Assembly (NCBI RefSeq): GCF_006345805.1
Contig: NC_043000.1
Coordinates: 67,270,001 to 67,334,000 of the forward strand
DNA: 64,000 nucleotides
Origin: Octopus sinensis
Taxonomy: Eukaryota
Direction of reading: 5' to 3'
In this document: positions 11,692-23,099 of the stretch, in pieces
How the letters are laid out: every line of letters begins with the position of its first letter
How positions within the stretch are numbered: position 1 is the first letter of the stretch
The notes under the pieces: generated by a model
What the model saw: only the letters and a program-made list of their open reading frames with translations
Told to the model about the DNA's origin: nothing
The model's database searches: none
Translations under genes and position numbers: made by a program

Positions 11692-14289
11692 TACTTATCC
11701 TGCCAATATTATATTTTCATTTTTGTATTAATTTTCCTAGTTTTTCCCTTTCATTACTCGATGTATATTTTATTGTTTATCACCAACTTAAAATGTTTTG
11801 GTTTCTTTCATATTTTGTATGCTTTAAATTCGATTTCGGTAGCACTTGCCTGCAACTTATCAAAACTTAATTTTAGTATTTTTCGTAATTATGTTAATAC
11901 AGTGTTAATTTACGACACTTTTGCGCCAGTAAAATAAAAACTTTAAAAAATAGCATTGGCTATTAGAACTTCGACGAGTACATTAGTTTGTGTCTATCCG
12001 ACAGTATTACCACTACATTTACCAGCGCTAAGGCTCTAAACTTATTTCCCTTCAACTTGCATTTTCTCTATACGGTCAATCACTCTTCGGCTTACACAAA
12101 TTTCCAGTTTGTTGAGACAGAACAAAAAACAAATAGAGATCTAGTATGCTCGATATATTTAGTACTCTGACGATCAATTTACCCCTTAGTCAGCCATATT
12201 TGATCCTTCTATACTTTAGACGACGTCATGACTTCACTACTTTGTCTCATTTGCTGTGAAATTCAAACATACACTTGGTTCATTTCATCATCTCTCTTCC
12301 ATTTATTCGTCGATCCGATACATCCTGATAAACTGCAACTGGAAAATACCGCACGTTTCATTATGGTCTTGTAATGGGTTTGTCGGAAGATAGCCTTGTC
12401 ACTACGATATGGCTCTGCCATCTGTGTCTTTTGAATGTGCATTAACTAAGAAACATAACATTCATGTTTGGTACAGAAGAGATTATAAATATACAATCTA
12501 ATCTCTTTTTTTAAAATTTTTAATCCCCAACTTCCATATATTACTTATACCTACTTAACAATCTCCAGTAACTAGTTTTCGTGCTGGAAATAACACACGC
12601 AGTTTCCATTAACTTCTTAGAAGTTTTTATCCAAGTCGACTCTGTAGTTTTAAAGTCAAGTACATAGAAATGATCTAACGAGATAGACTCTACGCAGTTT
12701 GCTCGATCTACTATAAATAGAAATCAAATCTCCTTCAATTACACGCTACCTTCTTAGAAAAAGAAGGATGTATCGAACGGTGTAGTCCTACATATGAAAA
12801 ATAAAAAGGCGGGATGAAAATCTTCCGATTTTAGGTCTGATGGATTTGGATCTAGACAGAAATAACGAAAGTACTAGCAACAACTACTATTGCTGCTGCT
12901 GCACATAATTGTGGACACCTTACAGATAACTTGAATATATGCCATCTAGGTGCTCAATGACACGGGTAAATTTTGAAAATTAATTTGATACCTGACTTAC
13001 AGGTTCTCTTACCCAATCCAAGTTAGTCTAAGATGGCATTAGGATTTTCACCTTCCAAACCGTCTTTTTCTGACAACTTATATCTCGTTCTGTCACCTTG
13101 ATCCTCCCATACATCGAACGTCATCGTATGCATACCACCTTCACTCCTTTACCGTGATTCATTGCAACATTAAAGTTTATAAATTTTATATACAGTCTGT
13201 CGATACAATGCTGTTAGAAAATCCCAGACACTTGAAGGAATTCTGGTGATCTAGCTCCTACCTTCATTTCCATGGTTGTCATTCCGACGCATGACCTTGT
13301 GCCTGTTATGTTAGAATATAGGTTGATATTCAGCAAGATGCAGGTCTCACGGTCGGTCAGAAATTTTAATGTTTCTGATCACTTTTGTAGCTTCATTTCT
13401 AAATTAAATGTTCTAAGATAGTTCTATGATATACAAAAATCACAATCAGGAGCAGGGCAGTGATGTTGGCTCTTAGCTTATTAAGATCTTTGTCACACAG
13501 TAAAAGCAGGTGGAAATTGTCGAGGTATCTAAAAGTGATGTATGATCAAGAGGGATCTGTATGGGCATACAAATCCCAGTGACGTCCATGACTAAGGTGC
13601 TATATCGAAACTGTTGTCCGTCAATTGGGTGGAAGGAAAGACCTTGAGAATGCCGGTAGGTCTAGCTTCCATACGTGTGGCAGCTCGGACCACTGAAAAC
13701 TCACTGCCCTGAAAAAGCAAAGAAAGAAAGAGAGAGGGGGGGAGATAGACAGACAGATAAACAGAATGGGGAACAGCAGTAGAATCGGCATCAACAACAC
13801 AAGGTCGAAGAATAGCCAAAAAAATTTGCTGTGTGTCTAAGTTCTCGACCAAAACATCCATGGATCCTCCTCCTTGTAGTGCTACATCATCGTATTGTAA
13901 CAAAGAGTACAAACTGAGCAAGCGACAGAGGAACCAAACTACCAGAAACGTGAAAAGAAAAAAACAAAACAAAAACTTTTCAAAAGAAAAATGAATTTAA
14001 AAGGAATGTAAGCATAATTTTCAAGATTGGCGCTGCTCTCGTGATTTTTCACAGTTCTTCGCATATCAAGCAAAGAACTAATGGATGTTTTAACCTACAA
14101 CAACATTTAAGGGAAGACAAAGAGCATATTTATGAAAATATATAAAGAGCATGCCAAAGAAAGCTGACCCAACTTTGTCTTTGATGCTTCAAGAATTGGT
14201 AAAAATATAGTACCGGTAAAGTTCGATGTTTAAAATTTACCTTTACTTTTAAATTTGGGACCTTGTACATAAGTTAGAACTGACTCTAG

Positions 14290-14475
14290 CCCCACGTCAG
14301 TCCTGATCAAGTATGCTTATGGTCAAAGCATTCCAACTGTAACCATCTTGGCTTTTTGTATATGATGGATTACATGGTCTAATGTGTTATTTTAAATAGC
14401 AAGGGGTGATTTGAAGAAAATTTCTCTGATATTTCTAGCAAGCCGAACAGCTATGTAGAGAGTCCTTGGTTGCCT
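14290..14475. repeat. Degenerate interspersed repeat family C (probably SINE-like)
   Basis: Shares TGATCAA..GCATTCCA..ACCATC and ATTTCTAGCA motifs with 31290-31490 and 61560-61960, and in reverse with 30100-30305 and 51400-51610. Confidence 0.45.
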
Positions 14476-14989
14476 TAATATTATTGTAGTTGTTGCTGGT
14501 ATTACTGCAAACATTGTTGTACTTGTTTATATAATCGTTGTTAAGAAAGAAAATCTGCAAATGGTTTGTCACTCTTACAAACGTAGCACTGCAGTTTTCA
14601 TTGCTGAAATTCTTACTTGTTTCATAAAGAAAATGGATAAGATGGCCTTGTGAAAGCTTGGCTCCTCTTGTGATTATTTCTTTTCTTATCGGAGAACTTT
14701 AAACTTGCAGTCTCCTATCTTTCGCCACAAGATAAACATAAAATAGAAAAGCTGTGTGAAGGGACATTAAAAAAAATACTCGTTAGTAAAAGTCTCCGAG
14801 ATCCAAGTGTTGACCAGAATTTGGTGTGTCATTCTAAAAATTAACCCCCAAAAGCACTTTCATTTTAAGTTTTTCCTTTAACCTTAAAACATTATTGTTG
14901 TTCTTCATGTTAAATTTCAACCTCAGTTAAGACCTGGTCGATCAAACTCGAGATTAAAGGTGACTCTACTAGTCATTCTCTTAATAACA

Positions 14990-16345
14990 TCATCATCATC
15001 AACAACAACAACAATAAGGGTTTCGGCACAAGGCCAACAATTTTCTTGGTGAAGGTAGTCAATTACATCGACTTCAGTATTTGACTCTTACTTTATTTTA
15101 TCGACCTCCGAGGAAATGAAAGGCAAATTTGACTTCGAGATTTGAACTCAACACGTAACGATCTGAAATAAATGCTGCAACGTATTTTATGACGATCTAG
15201 CGATTCTGCCAATTCACCGTCCTAAGTAATTGTTCGAAATTAAGCTCAAGGCCAGCAGATTTGAGAAGTAAGAGTGAATCGATATAAACGACTCCACCCC
15301 ACAGTACTAGACAGGGATGGAAAGTCAACATGACCTGGGCGGAATTTGGATTGAGAATGTAAAGGGCTGGAAGAAATATCGCAAGTTATTTTTTCTGACT
15401 CTCTAACGATTTTACCAGATCGCCGCCTTTAATTTTTTTCCTAACATAGGCACAGGGGATGAAATTTGAGCCGGAGAAGTGTTAGCATCGGGTGCGAGGA
15501 GGGGGTGGGTTAAAAATAAAGTTAACCTCGGTGGGATTTGGATTCAGAACGTAAAGAACCATAACTAAATGTTGCAAAGTGTTTTGTCGAATACACCAAC
15601 GATTCAGCCAGCTCATCGCCTAAATATTAACAGTCGTTTTTTTTTAACTGAATTAACAAGGCCAATAATAATAATAATAATAATAATAATAATCCTTTCT
15701 ACTATAGGCACACGGCCTGGTGTTTGTGGAAAGGGGATAGTCGATTACATCGACTCCAGTACTTGACTGATATTTAATTTATCGATCCCGGATAGATGAA
15801 AGGCAAAGTCGACCTCGGCGGAATTTGAACTCAGAACGTAGCGACGGTGCGAAATACTGCTCAGCATTTCGCCCGACGCGCTAACGATTCTGCCAGCTGG
15901 ACACCTTAATAATAATGATGATGATGATGATGGTGGTGGTGATGGTGATGATGATGATGATGATGACGATGATGACGACGATGATGACGACGACGACGAC
16001 GACGACGATGATGATGATGATGATTTTGGCACAAAGCCAATTTCGGGGAGGAAGTAAATTGTTTACATCGAATCCAGTACTCAATTGGTATTTATTTCAT
16101 CGAAGGATGAATGGCAAACCAATAATAATAGTAATAATTGTCTCAAATTTTGGCACAAAGTCAGCAATTTTACGGGAGGGATTTGTCGATTACATTGACC
16201 CCAGTACTGGACAGGTACTTATTTCATCGACCCCAAAAGGATAAAAGGCAAAGGTGACTTCGGCAGCATTTGAACTCAGAGCTTAAAGAACCAGAACACA
16301 TTTTCTCAGAAGCCCTGGCGATTGTGCTAGTGGACTGCCACATAA
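14990..16345 (-). mobile_element. Train of six head-to-tail SINE family B copies
   Basis: Copies at about 15010-15224, 15225-15430, 15432-15622, 15665-15908, 16024-16120 (truncated) and 16121-16345. The full copies read on the minus strand as GGCG..GCTGGCAGAATCGTTAG ... GAGTTCAAATTCC ... GGGGTCGAT..TCGAC ... GTGCC, several followed by a trinucleotide tail. Confidence 0.8.
15909..16023. repeat. Compound trinucleotide microsatellite (AAT/GAT/GGT/GAC)
   Basis: Seen directly. It explains the poly-Ser, poly-Met and poly-Ile ORFs in the track. Confidence 0.95.
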
Positions 16346-16781
16346 TAATAATGCTTTGAAGAGATTTAAACCGAAAGCGCATAGGTGCATAAATAAACAC
16401 TGCTTAAACGATTCTGCCGATCTACAAAGCCTTTTAATTTTTTTTCCACTAGGGACCGTTCAGACATACCACAGTGTGTCATGGAAGAGGTTAGAAAAAC
16501 ATGTTGGAATGTACATATATAATCATATATAAATGGACGGAGAGCAGGGACATTAAACAATATACTGGAACATTAAAAATAATTTTTAAAAAATAACTAA
16601 ATGAATATAGGCGCTGGAGTGGCTGTGTGGTAAGTAGCTTGCTTGCCAGCCACATGGTCCCGGGTTCAGTCCCACTGCGTGGCACCTTAGGCAAATGTCT
16701 TCTACTATAGCTTCGGGCCGACCAAAGTCTTGTGAGTGAATTTGGTAGACGGAAATTGGAAGAAGCCCGTCGTATATGTAT

Positions 16782-16891
<110 letters not shown>

Positions 16892-16919
16892 TTACTCTTA
16901 CTCTTTACTCTTTTACTTG

Positions 16920-17155
16920 TGTTGTTGTTATATATATATAGTATTGAGTATTAAAGGAAGTAGTGAGTACTTAGTATGAAAGATTAAGAAAATGAGAGAG
17001 ACTGAAACAACGTGTTAACGATACAAGATACTTTATTCGACTGCTGTTGTTGTACAAGTTAATTGTTTTGGCGGGAAACAAAGTGAAAGTCCTTTTATCA
17101 AGGGAGACAATGGGCGACGTTGATTGTTCATGTTTGTTGTGATGATTATATAACA
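16920..17155 (-). repeat. 3' LTR (236 bp)
   Basis: I found no differences from 20052-20287 by eye, and the ORF-track translations of both LTRs are identical. Contains AATAAA on the minus strand. Confidence 0.95.
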
Positions 17156-17180
17156 TCTTCCTTTTTTTTTTTTTTTTTTT
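17156..17180 (-). other. Polypurine tract (A19-GGAAGA)
   Basis: Pure purine run on the minus strand directly before the 3' LTR. Confidence 0.8.
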
Positions 17181-17448
17181 GTAATTTTTTTTATATCATC
17201 TGTATCTACAGGGAATAATTATTCGTCGTCCACTTTTTGTGGTTTTATTATTTTGTAGTGTTGAATTCTGTAGTTGTGCTGTTTTTGTTTTTTCATGCGT
17301 GTTTGTTGACTTTGGAAATATATTTTCATAATCTAATTCTTCTGTTATGCGAACGTGTTCGTTTGTTTTAAGAATATGTTGTCTATTTCGTTTGACTGTA
17401 TTTCCTTCCTCTGTTATTACTAAGTATGAACGAGGTTGCTCTAGTTTT

Positions 17449-18345
17449 TTAATTATTTTGCCCCCTTCTAAACCAATTGTTGTTAAACTTAATTCTAACC
17501 GTGTCGTGTGGTTTTAACTCTGGGAGTTCTGTTGTAATGTTTGATTTCTTCTTTTCGTGAGGCCTGATACCAATTTTGTCGTGTAGTATGTTTGGGAGAT
17601 TTGTTCGCAATGTTCTATTCATTATTTGATTTGCAGGGGATGGTGCACCATTTTGTAATTTAGTCGTGCGTAATGCTAAGAGCGCTAACTGAGGTTCTTC
17701 GCCACTTTTGAATGCCTTTTTTAGCGTCTTTTTTATTGTCTGTATATTTCTCTCAACCATGCCATTCGCTTGATGATAATGCGGGCTTGTCTTCGTGTGA
17801 TGAAAATGCCAATTTTTTGCAAATTTTTTGAATTCAGCCGAATTGAATTCTGGACCGTTGTCACTTACAACTGTTTGCGGAATTCCGAATTTAGCAAAAG
17901 TTTCTTTTAATTTTTTGATTACGGTTTTTGACTGGCAATCATTTATTTCGTGTAGATCAAAAAATCTTGTATAGTCAATAATTGTGACATACGAATTTCC
18001 AGACAGGTGAAATACGTCTGTACCCACTTTGGTCCATGGTGTAGTAGGTATTTCATGATTTATTAGTGGTTCGGCTGCTTGTTGATTTTTGTAGTCAATG
18101 CAGTATGAGCATGTGTTAATCATGTCTTTGATTTGAGCGTTAATGCCGGGCCAGTATATACATTCCTTCGCTCTCTCTATGCATTTTTCGATACCCATGT
18201 GTCCGGTATGTATTTCCTGTAGAGCTTCTCTACGTAATGACTTAGGTACAATTATTCTTGAACCTTTTAGAACGAGACCATTGACGATTGATATTTCATC
18301 ACGAACGGATACGAATGGTTTGATGTTTATTGGTATTTTGTCTTT
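17449..18345 (-). pseudogene. Retroelement integrase (HHCC zinc finger + DDE core), out of frame with upstream pol by 1 nt
   Basis: IHTGHMG..YWPGI..CSYC zinc finger, KVGTDVF, VSDNGPEF and NGMVER. An extra A in the CCCAAAAGAC run (~18343-18346) shifts it relative to gag-PR. Confidence 0.9.
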
Positions 18346-19972
18346 TGGGCCATTCTGTTCTTGTATATGTGACGAGTGTCTGTAGAGACGGGTCGTCTGC
18401 AGTGGCTTCTTTATACTCTTTTAATTTAGTGTCGGTTATGGGGTAATTTTTTATTACTGCATGAATGTGCGATTTCATATCTTCGTCTGGTACTTCTGGA
18501 GTATTTTGCTCAAGGTATGCACGTGATAGGGTATCTGCAACAATTGATTCTTTGTTGAGCTTTTCGTTTATAGAAAAAGGAACCGATCTTGGTGGATGAA
18601 TTACAGGAGTTATTTGTGGATCCACTGTGATATGATGTGTTATTGACAAAGTGCCGATTTCTCCGAAACAGTCTTCATATTTATCTAATATGTCGTTTGT
18701 GTTCGACGAATTTATTTTTGAAATTCTCTGAATCAGGTTCAGATCTTTAGCTGTCTTTGCATCTATAACTGCGTGCGAGTTTGTTTTTGCAACAATGAAT
18801 TTTATTTGCTTTGATAATTCTTTGTATTTAATGACTGCTGTGCATTTTCCTAGCACTTTTATAGCTGTGTTATTATAAGCTGATAATCGAGTTGAAGTTT
18901 TTTGCAGTTGTGGTTTTGGAATTATATTTCTATATTCTCTGAATGGCAGTACGGTTACGTCTGCTCCTGTATCTATTTTGAATGTTACATTCGAGTTGTT
19001 CACTTTTAGTTCGACCGTCCAAATGTCTTTTGGAGTCTTGAACTTTTCGATTTTGTGCACGCGGGAATTATTTGCAGTGATCATTTCGAGTGCATGTGTA
19101 TCGTCATCTGATTCATCGTCGGTATGTATCTCTACTTTATGTACAAATTTTCTTGATTTGCACATTTTTGCATAGTGTCCTTGTTTCTTGCATTTTTCAC
19201 ATGTCTTGTGAAATGCTGGGCATTTATTTCTTTTGTGATTATAACCACAATAGTGACAGTTAGTGACGTAGTGTTGACTTGGCGCTTGAAACTTCGCGGG
19301 CTTTCTGTCACTTCCGCCTTGTTCATTTTGATGTCTGGATTGCATATGGCGGGTTATTTGAGTTTTGGCGCCTTTTCTGTCGTGTTGACTATATAACCTC
19401 GAGATTTCGTTATCTCTTGTTTCGGATGTGGCATTTAGCATCCTTGATTGGAGTCGTGTTTGCTCTGCACTCTGACCTGCTTGAATTGTTTTTTGTAGGT
19501 CTAAATTTGGTTCTCTCAATAATCTTTCTCTTAATCTCATGTCTCTGATTCCACATATCAGAATATCTTTGGTGAGACTGTCTGTGAGGTTGCCGAATTC
19601 GCACTGTTGTGCCTTTTGGCGCAACTCTACTACGTACTCATCGAATTTTTGATGTTCCGCTTGTCCACATGTGAAGAATTTGTGTCTTAGGAAAGTTATG
19701 TTTTTCCTGGGTTCACAATATGCATCGAATTTTTCGATTACTGTCTGAAGGTTCATTTCTTCGTCGGGTGAATCGAAATCCAGTGTGGAATGGATATCTC
19801 GGCCTTTAGAACCGATGCAAGTTAAAAACATTGAAGTTTTTACTTTGTCTGGCTTCATGTCACTTTCTGTTGCTATCAAAAAGAGATTGAATTCTTTTTT
19901 CCACTTTTTCCATGCTGCGGCTAGATTTTCCTGATTAAAGTCTAGGTCTTTTGGATGCGGTAAATTTTCCAT
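18299..19972 (-). CDS. Gag-protease polyprotein fused in frame across a deleted RT/RNase H
   Basis: ATG at 19972 (MENLPHPKDLDF). Mag-like gag (W..WKKEF, CEPRKN, GIRD..LRERLL), CHYCGYNH..C and CEKCKKQGHYAKMC knuckles, protease FKIDTGADVT. The RT start HPPRSVPF joins directly to the RNase H end VADTLSRA. Confidence 0.85.
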   Translation of the reverse strand: MENLPHPKDLDFNQENLAAAWKKWKKEFNLFLIATESDMKPDKVKTSMFLTCIGSKGRDIHSTLDFDSPDEEMNLQTVIEKFDAYCEPRKNITFLRHKFFTCGQAEHQKFDEYVVELRQKAQQCEFGNLTDSLTKDILICGIRDMRLRERLLREPNLDLQKTIQAGQSAEQTRLQSRMLNATSETRDNEISRLYSQHDRKGAKTQITRHMQSRHQNEQGGSDRKPAKFQAPSQHYVTNCHYCGYNHKRNKCPAFHKTCEKCKKQGHYAKMCKSRKFVHKVEIHTDDESDDDTHALEMITANNSRVHKIEKFKTPKDIWTVELKVNNSNVTFKIDTGADVTVLPFREYRNIIPKPQLQKTSTRLSAYNNTAIKVLGKCTAVIKYKELSKQIKFIVAKTNSHAVIDAKTAKDLNLIQRISKINSSNTNDILDKYEDCFGEIGTLSITHHITVDPQITPVIHPPRSVPFSINEKLNKESIVADTLSRAYLEQNTPEVPDEDMKSHIHAVIKNYPITDTKLKEYKEATADDPSLQTLVTYTRTEWPKRQNTNKHQTIRIRS

Positions 19973-20040
19973 TTCGTCTTTGAAGTATGATTTCAACTTC
20001 TTTTTTTCCTTTGGTTTCTGTATTTTGGGTTCTTTTAGTA

Positions 20041-20051
20041 TTCTGACACCA
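20041..20051 (-). other. Primer-binding site TGGTGTCAGAA (tRNA-Leu type)
   Basis: Directly follows the 5' LTR on the minus strand and is complementary to the ...TTCTGACACCA 3' end of eukaryotic tRNA-Leu(CAA/CAG). Confidence 0.8.
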
Positions 20052-20287
20052 TGTTGTTGTTATATATATATAGTATTGAGTATTAAAGGAAGTAGTGAGT
20101 ACTTAGTATGAAAGATTAAGAAAATGAGAGAGACTGAAACAACGTGTTAACGATACAAGATACTTTATTCGACTGCTGTTGTTGTACAAGTTAATTGTTT
20201 TGGCGGGAAACAAAGTGAAAGTCCTTTTATCAAGGGAGACAATGGGCGACGTTGATTGTTCATGTTTGTTGTGATGATTATATAACA
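20052..20287 (-). repeat. 5' LTR (236 bp)
   Basis: Direct repeat of 16920-17155. Confidence 0.95.
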
Positions 20288-21099
20288 ACTTGTTCCAGTC
20301 ATTTGACTGTGGCCATGCTGGAGCACCGCTTTTAATTGAGCAACTCGACCCCGGGACTTATTCTTTGTAAGCCCAGTACTTATTCTATCGGTCTCTTTTG
20401 CCGAACCGCTAAGTAACGGGGACGTAAACATACCAGCATCGGTTATCAAGCGATGTTGGTGGGGACAAACACAGACACACAAACACACACGCACACACAC
20501 ATATATATATATATACATATATATACGACGGGCTTCTTTCAGTTTCCGTCTACCAAATCCACTCACAAGACTTTGGTCGGCCCGAGGCTATAGTAGAAGA
20601 CACTTGCCCAAGGTGCCACGCAGTGGGACTGAACCCGGAACCATGTGGCTGGTAAGCAAGCTACTTATCACACAGCCACTCCTATTTGTGTGTATATGTT
20701 TGTGTGTCTGTGTTTGTCCCAATGCTTAGCGGTACTCCAGCATGGCCGCAGTCAAATGATTGAAACAAGTAAAAGAATATTAATATTAAATGAATATATT
20801 AATATGGATATAATAGAATATGAATAAAACAAAATAACTCTGACTGTTCCTTTTCTATGTACTCAAATTGTTCAATCACGAACAATGATCGTGAGTGATT
20901 CGCGTGTCGGAATGTGCATAAAAGTATAACTGTTCATAGACCTAACTGCTCATCTCTTTGCAGTTCGTTCAAAGTCAATCAGTCCCTCATTGGCTATTCG
21001 GAGGACTGCGAACTTCATTTAAGTCCGGAGACGATGTGTTTTCTTGCATGTCTTACTTTCTGCTCCATTTCACTCCCGCCTCCACCCCCACTGGCCCCG

Positions 21100-21720
21100 A
21101 CAGTCTATCCCTTTTGTCCATCCTCCATCTTCGTTACTGTCAGACAATAAGACAGTACTACCAATTGTGAGGGAGGGATAGAACTCTGGTCGTTGGTTCT
21201 TGGTGCTGAGGACGAGGCGATTTCTTTTGCTTTCTTCAGAGTTGCGACTGGTGCTTCTCTTCAAGTGCAGCTTACTGCCACGCGTGGAACAGAAGTTGCC
21301 TACCAGTCATATGGTGTTTGCATTTGCATTCATAATGGGATACACTTTCAGAATATCTTTGTGATCTTCGAGCGTTATCAGGACTTGGATGTCTCGGAAA
21401 ACTCATAAAACAATTCTTGTTAACTCGGCACTCACAACCCGCTTGAATTCTGATGCAAAGGTGACGAGAAGCTAAGGGTCAACGTCACCATCAATGTATC
21501 TTGCTGTGACGTTCACCAGTTCAGCTTCTTTTCTTACCTCGTCATTATTTTTAAAGGTCAGACACACTCTTTCATATTCTTATCTCTGTCTATGGAGTCG
21601 AAATAGCGCTGCAGTTTGTCTAGGATTTCCTTTGAGGGAACATCGTAATTCTATTTAGATTTCGCAAAGCTGATCAGCTGATCTGGAGACGCACTTTTTG
21701 ACATAATGATGCAACACTTT
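21100..21720 (-). pseudogene. Possible highly decayed hAT transposase C-terminus
   Basis: Manual translation across stops and frameshifts gives EILDKLQRYF, ARYIDGDVDP.LL..F, KVYP and VAVSCT..LKKAK, loosely matching the hAT dimerisation region. Confidence 0.3.
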
Positions 21721-22221
21721 TTTCACATCTAATACTTCCCTTAGATTTTGTAATGTTAGCAAACATATTCTTGCTAGTACTTTTGGTAATATCGAACAGG
21801 ATTGCAGTATTGTTAGTACTTTTATGTCATGCAAATTTGCGATTTCTTCATATCAAATTGTGACAGTATTTTTAAGTGTATCTGTTTGCTTTGTTAACAT
21901 TTTTTGTTCGTTTTTCTTTTTGTGTTATTAATTTTAGTGTATTCGAAAATTATTTCGCTGAGAGGTTTATTCAGTACTTATTTTCTTTTCGTTCTCATCT
22001 CTTCTGGTGAAATGTAAATACAAGAAAATTTTCCAGGAATAAGTAAATATTGTCAAAAGGAAAATTTTTCCTCTATCACATATACAGGGTCACATGTTCC
22101 AAAGTACTCTATTTGTAAAATAGTTAAAAGAAAATTCACCCAATCACCTAGGGAAATTTGGTAATAATTTGATTTTGTCAGGGAGGTCTGAAAAACGCGT
22201 TCATTCACACGAAAACACATT

Positions 22222-22440
22222 TATAATAACCCTTTCTGCAATAGTCACAGGGCCTGAATTTTATGGGTAAGGGACAAGTCGATTGCATCGATCTCTGTGC
22301 TTGTCTAGTACTTATTTCATCGACCACGAAAGAACGAAAGACAAAGTCGCCCTCGGCGGAATTTTGAGTTCAGAAAGGTAATGACAGAAGGAATACTGCC
22401 AAGCTATTTGTCCGGCGTGCTAACGATTCTATTCTGCCAG
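22222..22440 (-). mobile_element. SINE family B
   Basis: Colinear with 15665-15908. Confidence 0.8.
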
Positions 22441-23099
22441 ATCAATAATCCGTTTATTTATTTACCACTAGGGCCCAGTTATGTACACCAACATGCAAAA
22501 CGAGTTACATGTAAGATGTGTAGGGGTGTACAAATATATATTATATAAAAATCAGGGACGATGGATGTCATACAATATATATCTAAAAGAACATGTTTAA
22601 ATTTAATATCAATACATAGAGAGAGAAGTTATGTTGGTTATCACGAGTGTAAGGAACAAGCGCGAGTGATAAAGGCACGTAACAGACAGAACGAACGAAA
22701 CAAAACCGAAAATTCAACCGTAATCAGCTATCTTACACGATCAGTTTCAACGCCTTATGATAGAAATGCTTTGTGGTGTCAACAACTAATGCAGTGGAGA
22801 CAAGGCACAAAAACAGGTACAACTTAATGGGATTTTAATGACTGAGGCAGAGAAAAAAAGAGGTATCATTCTGCTCTCCGTTATATGCTTAAGGACATCG
22901 TCGAGGCACTTACCCAGTTTTTCCCCTTCTGCGACGTATTTGTTGCACTCATTGTATTGTTATTTTGTCTAATTTTATTTTCATCTTAATTAACTAATGT
23001 TTTATTTCCTCGAAAAATATTTGTTATATTTTATTCCATGGCAGTAAGAGTATGTTTTATCTTTTTTTAATGTCCTTTTTTTTATCTTCCAAATAAAGG

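Larger units (their letters stand above)
16920..20287 (-). mobile_element. Ty3/Gypsy LTR retrotransposon (Mag-clade-like), RT/RNase H deleted
   Basis: Two 236-bp TG...CA LTRs, 5-bp TSD ACTTG (16915-16919, 20288-20292), PBS, PPT, and gag with two CCHC knuckles, aspartic protease and DDE integrase in Gypsy order. Confidence 0.95.

Noticed and set aside
15745-16244. Poly-Ser, poly-Met and poly-Ile ORFs
   Set aside because: Translations of the compound trinucleotide microsatellite between SINEs. The same applies to the HT/CV/YI-repeat ORFs at 5131-5413, 16736-16979, 31508-31885 and 32691-32945.
16609-16700. tRNA genes at SINE heads (also 10660-10738 and 55315-55390)
   Set aside because: A/B-box-like motifs are present but there is no complete cloverleaf, and each continues into a shared SINE body.
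16971-17156. Duplicated 61-aa ORF (also 20103-20288)
   Set aside because: It is the translation of the two identical LTRs, useful only as evidence of LTR identity.
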